Source of the DNA: Candidatus Woesearchaeota archaeon
GTDB taxonomy: Archaea > Nanobdellota > Nanobdellia > Woesearchaeales > UBA12501
Assembly (NCBI GenBank): GCA_016177345.1
Contig: JACOVM010000077.1
Coordinates: 1-44,242, forward strand
DNA length: 44,242 nt
Direction of reading: 5' to 3'
The position numbers and the translations under genes were made by a program. Positions 28,650-37,126 of this stretch are shown here, one piece after another. Under the pieces are notes generated by a model. It searched no databases and had not been told where the DNA came from. It worked only from the letters and a program-made list of their open reading frames with translations. Position 1 is the first letter of the stretch; the number at the start of each line of letters is the position of its first letter.

Positions 28650-28777
28650 TGGCAGAATCTCATCTGTTCATAAACCAATGAGATTTGCTATAACAAAGAA
28701 TAGGTGAATAGTGAAATAAAATGGTGAAATAAAGAACATTAGAGTACCTGAAGCATAATCAGTGGACTTGCAAATCT

Positions 28778-29614
28778 ATGGCCTCAATCGTAACAAATAA
28801 GAGGGACAATCGAAGAGCCCTGCTGCTCATCATTCTTCTCCTTACAAGCATAGCGCTCTTCAGCAGTGTTGGCCATGCCCTTCTTATTGACCAGGATCAG
28901 TTTACAAACACAGCACTTCAAGAAAAGATAAGCCTGCTTGAGCTTCAAAGCAGAAAAACCATCGTTGTTGCGATCACCAAAACCTCAACTCAGCCATTTG
29001 ACGATGGAGTCTCGCTTCTCCAAGAGCATCAAGCAGACCTTGTTGTTTTATACCGATATCAAGAAAATAAGATTGCAGTCATTCAGCCTATTGATGCATG
29101 GCTTTCAGACGCTGAGATAAAAGAGATTATAGATAAGCACGCTGCAGAAAAGGAGCAAGCGATTACACCGGAAGAAAAAAATAGTTACATTATCGCTATT
29201 CTCGATGAAATTACTCCCTTGCTTATTGCTGCAAAAGATACCAGAAGCTATTGTGCCGCTGTTAAAGACGGCTATTGCGATCCAAAATGTGAGGGAATAG
29301 ACATGGACTGCTTGTGTGGTGATGCAATCTGCCAGTATCACGAAGTTAAGGCAACGTGCAGTGCAGATTGTGGAGGGGCTAGAGAAACCTTTTGCTCAAT
29401 TCTCCGAGATGGCATTTGCGATGAGAATTGCAAAAGGGATATTGATTGCGGGTTTGGAAAGCTTATGGCAGTAACTGAACAAGTTCAACAAAAGACGAAG
29501 CTCCAATACAGTACAATCCTTGGCATCCTCTATGCTGTTTTTTTAGCAGCCTCTGTCGTGTTCGGCTTCCTCCTCTATCAGGAACGCCAGCAAAAAAAGG
29601 AAAGAAAAAGCTAA
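28778..29614 (+). CDS. Secreted/membrane-anchored protein: TPM-like domain, Cys-rich repeats, C-terminal TM
   Basis: Sec signal peptide; TPM-like pattern (LELQSRKTIVVAIT..LVVLY..WLSDAEIKEIID); DGYCDPKC..DMDC and DGICDENC..DIDC; TM ILGILYAVFLAASVVFGFLLY. Confidence 0.6.
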   Translation: MASIVTNKRDNRRALLLIILLLTSIALFSSVGHALLIDQDQFTNTALQEKISLLELQSRKTIVVAITKTSTQPFDDGVSLLQEHQADLVVLYRYQENKIAVIQPIDAWLSDAEIKEIIDKHAAEKEQAITPEEKNSYIIAILDEITPLLIAAKDTRSYCAAVKDGYCDPKCEGIDMDCLCGDAICQYHEVKATCSADCGGARETFCSILRDGICDENCKRDIDCGFGKLMAVTEQVQQKTKLQYSTILGILYAVFLAASVVFGFLLYQERQQKKERKS

Positions 29615-29662
29615 AGAAAAGCTAAAAAATGAAGAAAGGCATCGCGGAAGACGATTGAGATC

Positions 29663-30205
29663 ATGAAGGCCATAAGAAAACGAATGATAAAAAACTGGAA
29701 CCAACAGGCACAAGCAAGCGCTGATAGTGCAGGAAAAACGATAACGTACCTTTGTGCAGTAATCATTCTCGGGCTTGCTGCAGTGGGCTTCTCTGTTGTT
29801 GCAGCACACTTGCAAAGCGATACCCAATTCATCAAGCCCGGCGTCGAAAAGCTTATTGGAAAACACCGATTCCTCCACACTAGCGCCTGTTTTTCATACG
29901 AAGACCAGCTCACGGGAAGGGCAATGCCAAGAGTGATTGACCTTGAAAAAATGACCCAAGAGCGCTTAGAAGAATGTTACATGGTAGAGCAGAAGTCTCA
30001 AAACCAGTGCTTTCAGCTCCAGCTCTTGAGAAGGGAACCAAAAGAGCCTGAGGAGCCGGAAAAGCCACTTCGCGAGATCCAGACAGCAAACTGGGTTGAC
30101 TGTTTTGTCACGAAACAGCGAGAAGAGACAGACATCGAATACGTTCTCATCAAAGAAGGAGATCAACTCAGCCAAGGAATAATGAAGATAAGAATGATGA
30201 GATGA
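29663..30205 (+). CDS. Pilin-like protein (degenerate class III signal)
   Basis: Basic leader ..WNQQAQA followed by hydrophobic TITYLCAVIILGLAAVGFSVV; located within the pilin operon. Confidence 0.6.
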   Translation: MKAIRKRMIKNWNQQAQASADSAGKTITYLCAVIILGLAAVGFSVVAAHLQSDTQFIKPGVEKLIGKHRFLHTSACFSYEDQLTGRAMPRVIDLEKMTQERLEECYMVEQKSQNQCFQLQLLRREPKEPEEPEKPLREIQTANWVDCFVTKQREETDIEYVLIKEGDQLSQGIMKIRMMR

Positions 30206-30226
30206 AGAGGGCGGGAGCCTAACGAG

Positions 30227-30880
30227 ATGTGCATCATGAAATTATTCCACAATACAAAAGGAGTTGACATGCAGGACTGGTTTGGCATCGTATTCTCGGT
30301 AGTTATCGGCGCATTTGTTTTTTTTGGCATGGCAGGCCTTCTCATGGTTACTGCGCAGCACGAGAAGACTGTCCTTAAAGAGATCACCTCTGTAGTTGAT
30401 GATTCCTTTTTCTTAATGACTTATGTAAGAACTCCTCTCTCTTCACAAACAATAGAGGGAGAAGAGGAAAACAAAGAGCTATCCTCTGTTCAAACGTATC
30501 TGGCTGAGGAAGGGCTTACGATGGCCCAGCTTATTGACATTGTTGGAAACAAAAAAGAAGCAAAAGCGCTTTTTCATGAAACAAGGGCAGGAATACCTGA
30601 AGAGATGCGAACATTGTCAGATGAGGAAGTAGAAGGCTTGCTTGAGCAGCTTCTTGATGCTTATAATAAAGACCTCTTCACTGCACGATATGGAGTACAA
30701 GGATGGAGCCTCATCATAGACTATCCGGAACAGTACAGAAATGATATTGATATTATCCATGATACAGGTGGGCTTGGTGGGGGAAGAGCAACAGAGATAA
30801 CAATTCCGACAATCGACGGAAAAAATGTGATAACCATACGCCTCGTGAGGAATATTCATGCAGTTGTTGTCAGGCCCTAA
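30227..30880 (+). CDS. Pilin-like protein (class III signal peptide)
   Basis: KLFHNTKG|VDMQDWFGIVFSVVIGAFVFFG. Confidence 0.7.
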   Translation: MCIMKLFHNTKGVDMQDWFGIVFSVVIGAFVFFGMAGLLMVTAQHEKTVLKEITSVVDDSFFLMTYVRTPLSSQTIEGEEENKELSSVQTYLAEEGLTMAQLIDIVGNKKEAKALFHETRAGIPEEMRTLSDEEVEGLLEQLLDAYNKDLFTARYGVQGWSLIIDYPEQYRNDIDIIHDTGGLGGGRATEITIPTIDGKNVITIRLVRNIHAVVVRP

Positions 30881-30967
30881 GAGTGTATTATGATCATAAA
30901 GAATATCAATAACATAATCAATTAATCAATGAGTGAAAGATAAGGAAATATAAGAAAGCGAAAAAAG

Positions 30968-33900
30968 ATGATAGAAAAAAAAAGAACAAAAAGGATAATG
31001 AAGCCCTGGAAGAAAAAAGGGGCGTATGAACTCTACTTTGGAATTATCGGTGTTGTTATAGCCCTCTTTGTCCTCCTTTATTTTTCGCTTGCTGAAGAAA
31101 AGGGAAGTAGGTTTATAGGAGAGCAGCAGCTGCAAGTGCTTGTTGCCGATGCAAAAGTACAGTCATCCCTCCTTTATCTTGATCAAGCCTCTGGATATGC
31201 AGTCCAACAAGCTATTTATACCCTTGCTGCAAAAGGAGGCTTTAGTAAAGAAACTACTTGTGGAACGTATTATGGGGCAGCATCTTGGCAGACTGTTGTT
31301 CAAGAGGAAGCACAAGGTCGCCAGGTGAGCCAACATGTTCAAAGTTGCAATCCTCTTGTTCAGCTCCACCAATCCTTTGAGGAGGAGCTCAATGAGCAGC
31401 TTCAGCGATACCTTCAGCATGACCAACAGCTGCGAGAATTTCTTTTTCACCTTCAGATTAAAGAAGGGGGTGCACAAGAGGATTGGACTAATAAGGTAAG
31501 AGAGGATGAAGATACTTCTGGTATCCCCCATATGCCTAGCCGGTATACCACAGTTATTGGGACTACAGATACCCCATTAAAAGTAGATATCCTTAAGGAA
31601 CTGCAAGAGGACGAAGGCCTTAATTCGGCTTCATCATCATTTGGGGTATATCCATCTACCGAGGGAGAAACTGGATTTTTTTCAAGAAAAGGAATGCCTA
31701 TTGATAGAATCGTCGTGCACTACACGGTATCATCAACAACAGAAGCGACTGTTCAAACCTTTTTAGAGGAAGAGGTTAGCATCCATTACATTCTGGGTAC
31801 GGAAGAAGAAGGCTTCAAGGTAACTCAGATGGTGCCAGAAGAATTTGGGGCCTATCATGCGGGGGGATGTTCTGACGCAACGTGTAAGCCTGGTGTTTAT
31901 GAAAACATGAATATACGAGCTATTGGAATTGAAATTGTCAATTGGGGATTTCAGAGATGTGGCACTGCAAAGCAAGGCCAATGTCCTGAAGGATGCCAAG
32001 GGCCATACGAGCGGCTCTGTGTAAATGATAACAAAGAAGCGTGTGGCACAATATTATATTGTTGGCAGCCATACCCAGAAGGCCAATATCTTGCGCTGGT
32101 TCAACTTATTGCAGACATTGTTGAGCGGCACAAAACCCTTCAGACTGAGCAAGGATTGACAACAAGAGCTAATATTATCGGGCACAATGAGATCAAATAC
32201 CAAAAATCAGATCCGGGGCCAAGGGAAGTTATGGATCTCGACAGGCTTACTAATGATGTAAATACTGAGCTGATGAGTAGAAAATCCCTTGCTTCAACGA
32301 TGACCCCGGTTCTTGGGGCAGCGATTGCTCCGGCGGACACAATGTCTGAAGAGCAAAATAGTGCAGATGCTAGCGAACAAGAGGGTGAAAAACAAGGAGT
32401 ATATCAGATTCAGCCAACCTTTGCCACAACACTAGCTTACTCTTTTACCGACTACTCCCTATTAACAGATGCACTCTATGGAGAGAACGGTGTTGTCAAC
32501 AAGACCTTAGCCTGTGAAAAACAAGGCAGGGTTGTTGAGGAATGCCTCGTCGAGGCAACAGAGTCAATAAACAATGAAGTGCTCAGCAAGCAAGGGCTTC
32601 TATTGTACAATGGAGACTGTGATGTTCAGTCGAATGTAAAAACAGATTTCTTAGAGTACTATTCTCTTTGCCAACAATCAGGGCAGGACCAATGTATATG
32701 CACGATATCCTTAGCAAAAGATCCTAAACAGCATGGGCTAGTTGAGTTTAGTGTCGGTGGAGACGAACAAACAGAAGCCATGCCTTTTTATGATCATGAA
32801 TCAGCTGTTTTTCGCCCTGATGAGCATCTTGAGACAATATCGTTAGGTACCGTACAGGATCTTGATGAGGAACCAACATTCAACGAAGAAGAAATGCTTA
32901 CTATCCATATGGCTGAAAACATGATCAACAAAAAGCTGCCATTCTACAAAAAAGATGAAAATCTGTATTTTGTGGAGGATGGGAAAACAGGCGCAGTCCC
33001 TCAATGCAGGGAACAAAAAAGGATGTTCCTGTTTTGTGCTGTACAGCAAGACATACAACGAGTAATCTATGACCCAATTGAACAAGAGATTGCAAACAAG
33101 AATGTAGAATACAAATTCGCTATTGCATTTCCAGACATTACCCCGCCAAAGCCGGTAAAAAATAGCATTGCCTATGACAAGCCAGGAGCAGAAGATTCTG
33201 TCATCCTCACTTGGGATAAAAGTGAAGAGAAAGATATTGAGGCTTTTTCAGTATTTGTTGCACCAGAACAAGGGGATCTAGCTGGCCTCTTTGATCAAGA
33301 AACAAGCAGGATAAAAGAAGAGCTTCAACCACAAGAATTCTTCATAAAGGATGTTGTTCTTCTCGAAGGAGGCATTACCAGAGAGGACCTTCAAACTTGC
33401 ACCTGGAATTTGGAAGAAAAAATGTGTGAAACAACATTGCTCAATGGTGAAAAGATTGTTCTCGATGAAGGTATTCTGTACGAGACAACAGATGATGCAC
33501 CATACTACCTTCTTGTTTTGCATGCCATTCCTAACGGCATACCCCACCAATTTGCAATTACTGCAAGAGACATTTTCAAAAATGAAATAAATAATCTTGA
33601 TGATGGCCAGAAAATAAATAAAAAGAGTGGAACGTCAAAAGATGACTTGCCGCCGGAGATGATAGGCCCGGCAAGGACTATGCTCATCGAAGAAACAGAA
33701 GGAGATAAAGTAACAAAAAAGATACGCGTTGAATGGGATCTTCCAACACATAATATGGATGGCGGTAGTGTGGATGATGTTTCCTCATTCATTATAAAAT
33801 ATAGTAGAGAACGGGGGGCAACGAAAAAAACTGCTCAAAAAGAAGAATCGTGCACTGGGCAATTATGCTCCACGTTCTTACCCTATCTTGGCCAAGGGCT

Positions 33901-33982
33901 TATCCAAGTTGGCGCCCTTGATGACCAAAAAAATATATTCCAGGACTGGGAGACGTATACCCCAGTAGCAACAGTTTCTTAG
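30968..33982 (+). CDS. Large pilin-like protein with N-acetylmuramoyl-L-alanine amidase (Amidase_2/AmpD-like) domain and FN3-like C-terminus
   Basis: PWKKKG|AYELYFGIIGVVIALFVLLYF. Amidase ~31694-32221: IVVHYT, VSIHYILG, AYHAG, NIRAIGIEIVN, QYLALVQLIADI, IIGHNEI, KSDPGP. FN3-like DITPPKPV..VILTW..FAITARDIFKNE. Confidence 0.9.
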   Translation: MIEKKRTKRIMKPWKKKGAYELYFGIIGVVIALFVLLYFSLAEEKGSRFIGEQQLQVLVADAKVQSSLLYLDQASGYAVQQAIYTLAAKGGFSKETTCGTYYGAASWQTVVQEEAQGRQVSQHVQSCNPLVQLHQSFEEELNEQLQRYLQHDQQLREFLFHLQIKEGGAQEDWTNKVREDEDTSGIPHMPSRYTTVIGTTDTPLKVDILKELQEDEGLNSASSSFGVYPSTEGETGFFSRKGMPIDRIVVHYTVSSTTEATVQTFLEEEVSIHYILGTEEEGFKVTQMVPEEFGAYHAGGCSDATCKPGVYENMNIRAIGIEIVNWGFQRCGTAKQGQCPEGCQGPYERLCVNDNKEACGTILYCWQPYPEGQYLALVQLIADIVERHKTLQTEQGLTTRANIIGHNEIKYQKSDPGPREVMDLDRLTNDVNTELMSRKSLASTMTPVLGAAIAPADTMSEEQNSADASEQEGEKQGVYQIQPTFATTLAYSFTDYSLLTDALYGENGVVNKTLACEKQGRVVEECLVEATESINNEVLSKQGLLLYNGDCDVQSNVKTDFLEYYSLCQQSGQDQCICTISLAKDPKQHGLVEFSVGGDEQTEAMPFYDHESAVFRPDEHLETISLGTVQDLDEEPTFNEEEMLTIHMAENMINKKLPFYKKDENLYFVEDGKTGAVPQCREQKRMFLFCAVQQDIQRVIYDPIEQEIANKNVEYKFAIAFPDITPPKPVKNSIAYDKPGAEDSVILTWDKSEEKDIEAFSVFVAPEQGDLAGLFDQETSRIKEELQPQEFFIKDVVLLEGGITREDLQTCTWNLEEKMCETTLLNGEKIVLDEGILYETTDDAPYYLLVLHAIPNGIPHQFAITARDIFKNEINNLDDGQKINKKSGTSKDDLPPEMIGPARTMLIEETEGDKVTKKIRVEWDLPTHNMDGGSVDDVSSFIIKYSRERGATKKTAQKEESCTGQLCSTFLPYLGQGLIQVGALDDQKNIFQDWETYTPVATVS

Positions 33983-34049
33983 CTGGTGGGGTGACCGGCC
34001 TACTTGTACCACAACAAAAAATATAAACGATGCGCAAATACCTGCTCTG

Positions 34050-34079
34050 AGAACATACCAAGAAAGAACATACCAAGAA
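34050..34079. repeat. Perfect 15-nt tandem duplication AGAACATACCAAGAA x2
   Basis: Read directly; upstream of the RPA gene. Confidence 0.85.
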
Positions 34080-34099
34080 AATAGAACTAGGCGGATACC

Positions 34100-35317
34100 A
34101 TGATTAAAATGCCTTACGAGCAGATCCTTGAAAAGATCCGGTCTTCTGCTGCTATTTCTGAAGACGAGCTTCAACAGCGAATCCAGGAAAAAATGGACCA
34201 GCTTGCAGGCCTCATCTCTAAAGAGGGTGCAGCCCACATTATTGCAAATGAGCTTGGGATAAAATTGCTTGAACAGCAAACTGGAAGGCTAAAAATAAAA
34301 AACACGCTGCCTGGCATGCGGAATGTGGAAGTGGTTGCTAAGGTTCAAGAGCGGTATGAAGTGAGAGAATTTCAGAAAGATGACCGAGTTGGAAAGGTAG
34401 GGTCTTGCCTTATTGAAGATGATACCCAGAAAATAAGGCTTGTTTTCTGGGGCAACATGACAGACCAGCTTCTTCGCCTCGAAAAAGGGGATATTATTAA
34501 AGTCCAAGGGGGGTATGTCAAGGACAATAATGGAAGGCGAGAAATTCATCTTAATGAAAAGTCGACCATTACAGTAAATCCTACAGGAGAGGACGTTGAT
34601 ATCAAAGAACAAATGATCACTAGAAAATCAGTTTCATCACTAAAAGAACAAGATGATAATGTAGAGCTCTTTGGAACCATTGTCCAATTGTATGACATTC
34701 ACTTCTTTGAGCTGTGCCCACGCTGCCAAAAAAGAGTAAAGCAGAGAATAGTAAACCATCACCAGAATGAGCAAGGAGAAACTATATCTGAGGCTATCTT
34801 TGCCTGTGATTATCATGGGGATATTACCCCGCAGTATTCTTGCGTGATGAACTGCTACCTTGATGATGGGACGGGAAATGTTCGCTTAGTGTTTTTTCAG
34901 CAGCAAATCCAGCAGCTCCTCCAAAAAACAGGGGCTGAGCTGATGGAATACCGGCAAGAACAAAAGAAATTTGAAGAGGCGAAACAAGACCTTCTCGGGA
35001 GGATTATTAAGGCATCTGGCCGGGCCAACAAGAATATCATGTTCGATCGAATGGAGTTTATTGTTGCGCATGCCGATAGAAATCCAGATCCAAAAAAAGA
35101 AATCGAGCGGCTCCAGCACGAACGAAAACAGCTCTCTGTTGGAGAAAAGACGCTTGAAGAACTCCAACAAGACAATAGCGGGCTGCTCTCCAGAAATATA
35201 GTCTTGACCTCCAATGGGCGAACACAAGTGAATACAGAGAATGCCCCCCTTAACGCTATTGAAGAGCACCTTACCAGAGACAATGATGAAAATAGCGATT
35301 CTAAAGAAGAAATTTAG
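34100..35317 (+). CDS. rpa: Replication protein A (OB folds + zinc finger)
   Basis: LISKEGAAHIIANELG N-terminal domain; OB folds IEDDTQKIRLVFW and LDDGTGNVRLVFF; CPRC..CDYH zinc finger. Confidence 0.85.
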   Translation: MIKMPYEQILEKIRSSAAISEDELQQRIQEKMDQLAGLISKEGAAHIIANELGIKLLEQQTGRLKIKNTLPGMRNVEVVAKVQERYEVREFQKDDRVGKVGSCLIEDDTQKIRLVFWGNMTDQLLRLEKGDIIKVQGGYVKDNNGRREIHLNEKSTITVNPTGEDVDIKEQMITRKSVSSLKEQDDNVELFGTIVQLYDIHFFELCPRCQKRVKQRIVNHHQNEQGETISEAIFACDYHGDITPQYSCVMNCYLDDGTGNVRLVFFQQQIQQLLQKTGAELMEYRQEQKKFEEAKQDLLGRIIKASGRANKNIMFDRMEFIVAHADRNPDPKKEIERLQHERKQLSVGEKTLEELQQDNSGLLSRNIVLTSNGRTQVNTENAPLNAIEEHLTRDNDENSDSKEEI

Positions 35318-35326
35318 AGAGCGTTT

Positions 35327-35935
35327 CTATTTTTTCTTACGCATATTCTCGTGAGGATTCCGAGGATTCCATGTTAATGCCAGCATAGTAATAATGCCAA
35401 ACACTGCCCCGCTCACATTCATGATAAGGTCCCAGGCAGCATCATTCCATTCTCCGATATCTCCTGTGCCGTAGAAGAGAATGCCTTCTCCTTTCCCAAG
35501 GTAGGAGTAGCCGATGAATTCGAGGATTTCTACAAAAGTGCCCATGCCGATTGCTGCGAGGAGAGCGTATACTGCAATACGGCGATGGCTCAGCAGGTAG
35601 TTTCCACCAAAGAGCGCCTGAAACAAAACAAGAGAGATGGCGTATCCTCCAATAAAATGCATGATGATATCAAACTCAATCCCTCCTAAGTAGACATTCC
35701 CATACAACTTAAGGTGGTGAAGGATAAGGGCAAAAGCGCCTATACTGGCCTCAAATAAGGTGAGGTGCATTTTTCGATGAAGAAAATAAAAGACAAGAAG
35801 AATGGCTGCTGTGAGAAACTTATCAAAAACAAAATCAGGGTCTTTCTCAAACGAAAGCACGCCGAGCACAAGAAAGAGAAAAAAGCCAATGAACGTTGCA
35901 TAACTAATAATGGCAGATTCTGTTTCTTGTTTCAT
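35327..35935 (-). CDS. Multi-pass membrane protein (DUF2238/YjdF- or VanZ-like)
   Basis: Several TM helices; FDIIMHFIGG, EILEF, DAAWDLIMNVSGA. Confidence 0.65.
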   Translation of the reverse strand: MKQETESAIISYATFIGFFLFLVLGVLSFEKDPDFVFDKFLTAAILLVFYFLHRKMHLTLFEASIGAFALILHHLKLYGNVYLGGIEFDIIMHFIGGYAISLVLFQALFGGNYLLSHRRIAVYALLAAIGMGTFVEILEFIGYSYLGKGEGILFYGTGDIGEWNDAAWDLIMNVSGAVFGIITMLALTWNPRNPHENMRKKK

Positions 35936-36012
35936 GTCGGCATGATGATGACAGAAAGTATTTAAAGATATGGGGGTTTGATGGGGTCAGAAAAACAAAG
36001 GCGTGATTGGAT

Positions 36013-36462
36013 ATGATGTTCAAAACCCATCTGGCAATTGGATTTCTTGTCGGGCTTATCGCCATGCACTATATTCAGCCATCTAACCAGGTCCTTTTTA
36101 TGATTCTTATCCTCCTTGGCAGCCTTCTTCCAGATATAGACCATCCAAACTCAACTTTAGGAAGAAAAACAAAGATCATTGCTCTTCTTTTTGAACACCG
36201 GGGATTTTTCCATGGATTTTTGTCAATCATCCCCCTTCTTTTTCTGCTCTCATTTATCCTAACAAAAGTCCAGCTTATTGCTGTTGCCCTTGGATATGCG
36301 TCCCATCTCCTCAGCGATGCGTTAACTGTTGAGGGCATCATGCCTCTCCATCCACTTTCCCGATGGAGATTAAAGGGATTTCTCAGAACAGGAGCGTTCT
36401 ATGAAGGAATATTTCTTTTAGGAGTTGTCGTTATTGACGTAATCATGCTCTGGCGACTTTAA
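36013..36462 (+). CDS. YdjM-family membrane-bound metal-dependent hydrolase
   Basis: MMFKTH, LLPDIDHPNS, HRGFFHG, GYASHLLSDALT..G. TATTTAAA at ~35959-35966. Confidence 0.85.
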   Translation: MMFKTHLAIGFLVGLIAMHYIQPSNQVLFMILILLGSLLPDIDHPNSTLGRKTKIIALLFEHRGFFHGFLSIIPLLFLLSFILTKVQLIAVALGYASHLLSDALTVEGIMPLHPLSRWRLKGFLRTGAFYEGIFLLGVVVIDVIMLWRL

Positions 36463-36603
36463 AAAGAGGATTGGGGAGAAACCTGGAACTTGAAAAGTTT
36501 TCAATCTTCCCACAGGACAGTGCAAAACAGTGCTTTTACTGCGCGTATATAGAAAATTCTCCTTCTTGATACGGCACTGGACACTAGACAGGTGCGAGTG
36601 AGG

Positions 36604-36758
36604 TATTTAAACAAGCCGACCTGAATGGATATTACTTCCGTCGCAGCTGATGAAACCAAACACAAAAAACTGAAAAATCTTGAAAGCTCAAGAAGCAGGT
36701 GGTATGGTAAAAGGCTGTGATTGAAACAAAACCCGAATAGGAAACGGAGGTAGTACAT
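36604..36758 (+). promoter_or_regulatory. TATA box plus structured ~125-nt 5' leader that can sequester the RBS
   Basis: TATTTAAA 36604-36611; 36631-36641 pairs with 36744-36754 (contains GGAGGT); inner stems 36642-48/36713-19 and 36678-83/36688-93. Confidence 0.5.
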
Positions 36759-37031
36759 ATGACTACAAGACCAGAAGCGAAATTTCGTGCAGGACCAGTC
36801 TGCGCAACCATTTGGAACAATGTCGGCCAAACACGAGAAGGCCTTCCAACAGAATACAAGACCGTATCATTTGAACGGAGCTACAAAGATAAGGCAGGAG
36901 CATGGCAGACAACCTCATCGCTACGCCTTAATGATCTGCCACGCGCACAGGTTGTTCTTGGAAAAGCCTACGAATACATTGTTCTTCAAAACAAAAGCGG
37001 AGAGGCTCAAGAAGAGGCTATCGCAGCATAA
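36759..37031 (+). CDS. Small conserved hypothetical protein, possibly PC4-like ssDNA-binding
   Basis: Strong GGAGGT RBS; KFRAGPVCATIW..SFERSYKDKAGAWQTTSSLRLNDLP then a helix; directly upstream of radA. Confidence 0.7.
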   Translation: MTTRPEAKFRAGPVCATIWNNVGQTREGLPTEYKTVSFERSYKDKAGAWQTTSSLRLNDLPRAQVVLGKAYEYIVLQNKSGEAQEEAIAA

Positions 37032-37036
37032 CTAGC

Positions 37037-37056
37037 TTTTTTATTTTTTTATTTTT
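37037..37056 (+). terminator. Oligo-T archaeal terminator
   Basis: TTTTTTATTTTTTTATTTTT directly after the stop codon. Confidence 0.45.
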
Positions 37057-37126
37057 AAAAAGTAAAGGAAATATCAAGAAGAGAACGAAAATTTAATATA
37101 GATTAAAAACAAAAGGAGTTGATACC

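Noticed and set aside
18539..33982. Archaellum (archaellin/arl) operon
   Set aside because: No archaellin N-terminal consensus (G.GTLIVFIAMVLVAAVAA) and no ArlH/I/J homologs.
15149..34079. Short direct repeats as a CRISPR array
   Set aside because: Units are 11-16 nt, differ between sites, occur in 2-3 copies and have no spacers; no cas genes are present.
36647..36720. Hammerhead ribozyme or C/D-box RNA (CTGATGA ... GAAA / CTGA)
   Set aside because: I could not build stems I-III around the core with a properly placed GAAA and cleavage triplet, nor a convincing C/D guide layout.
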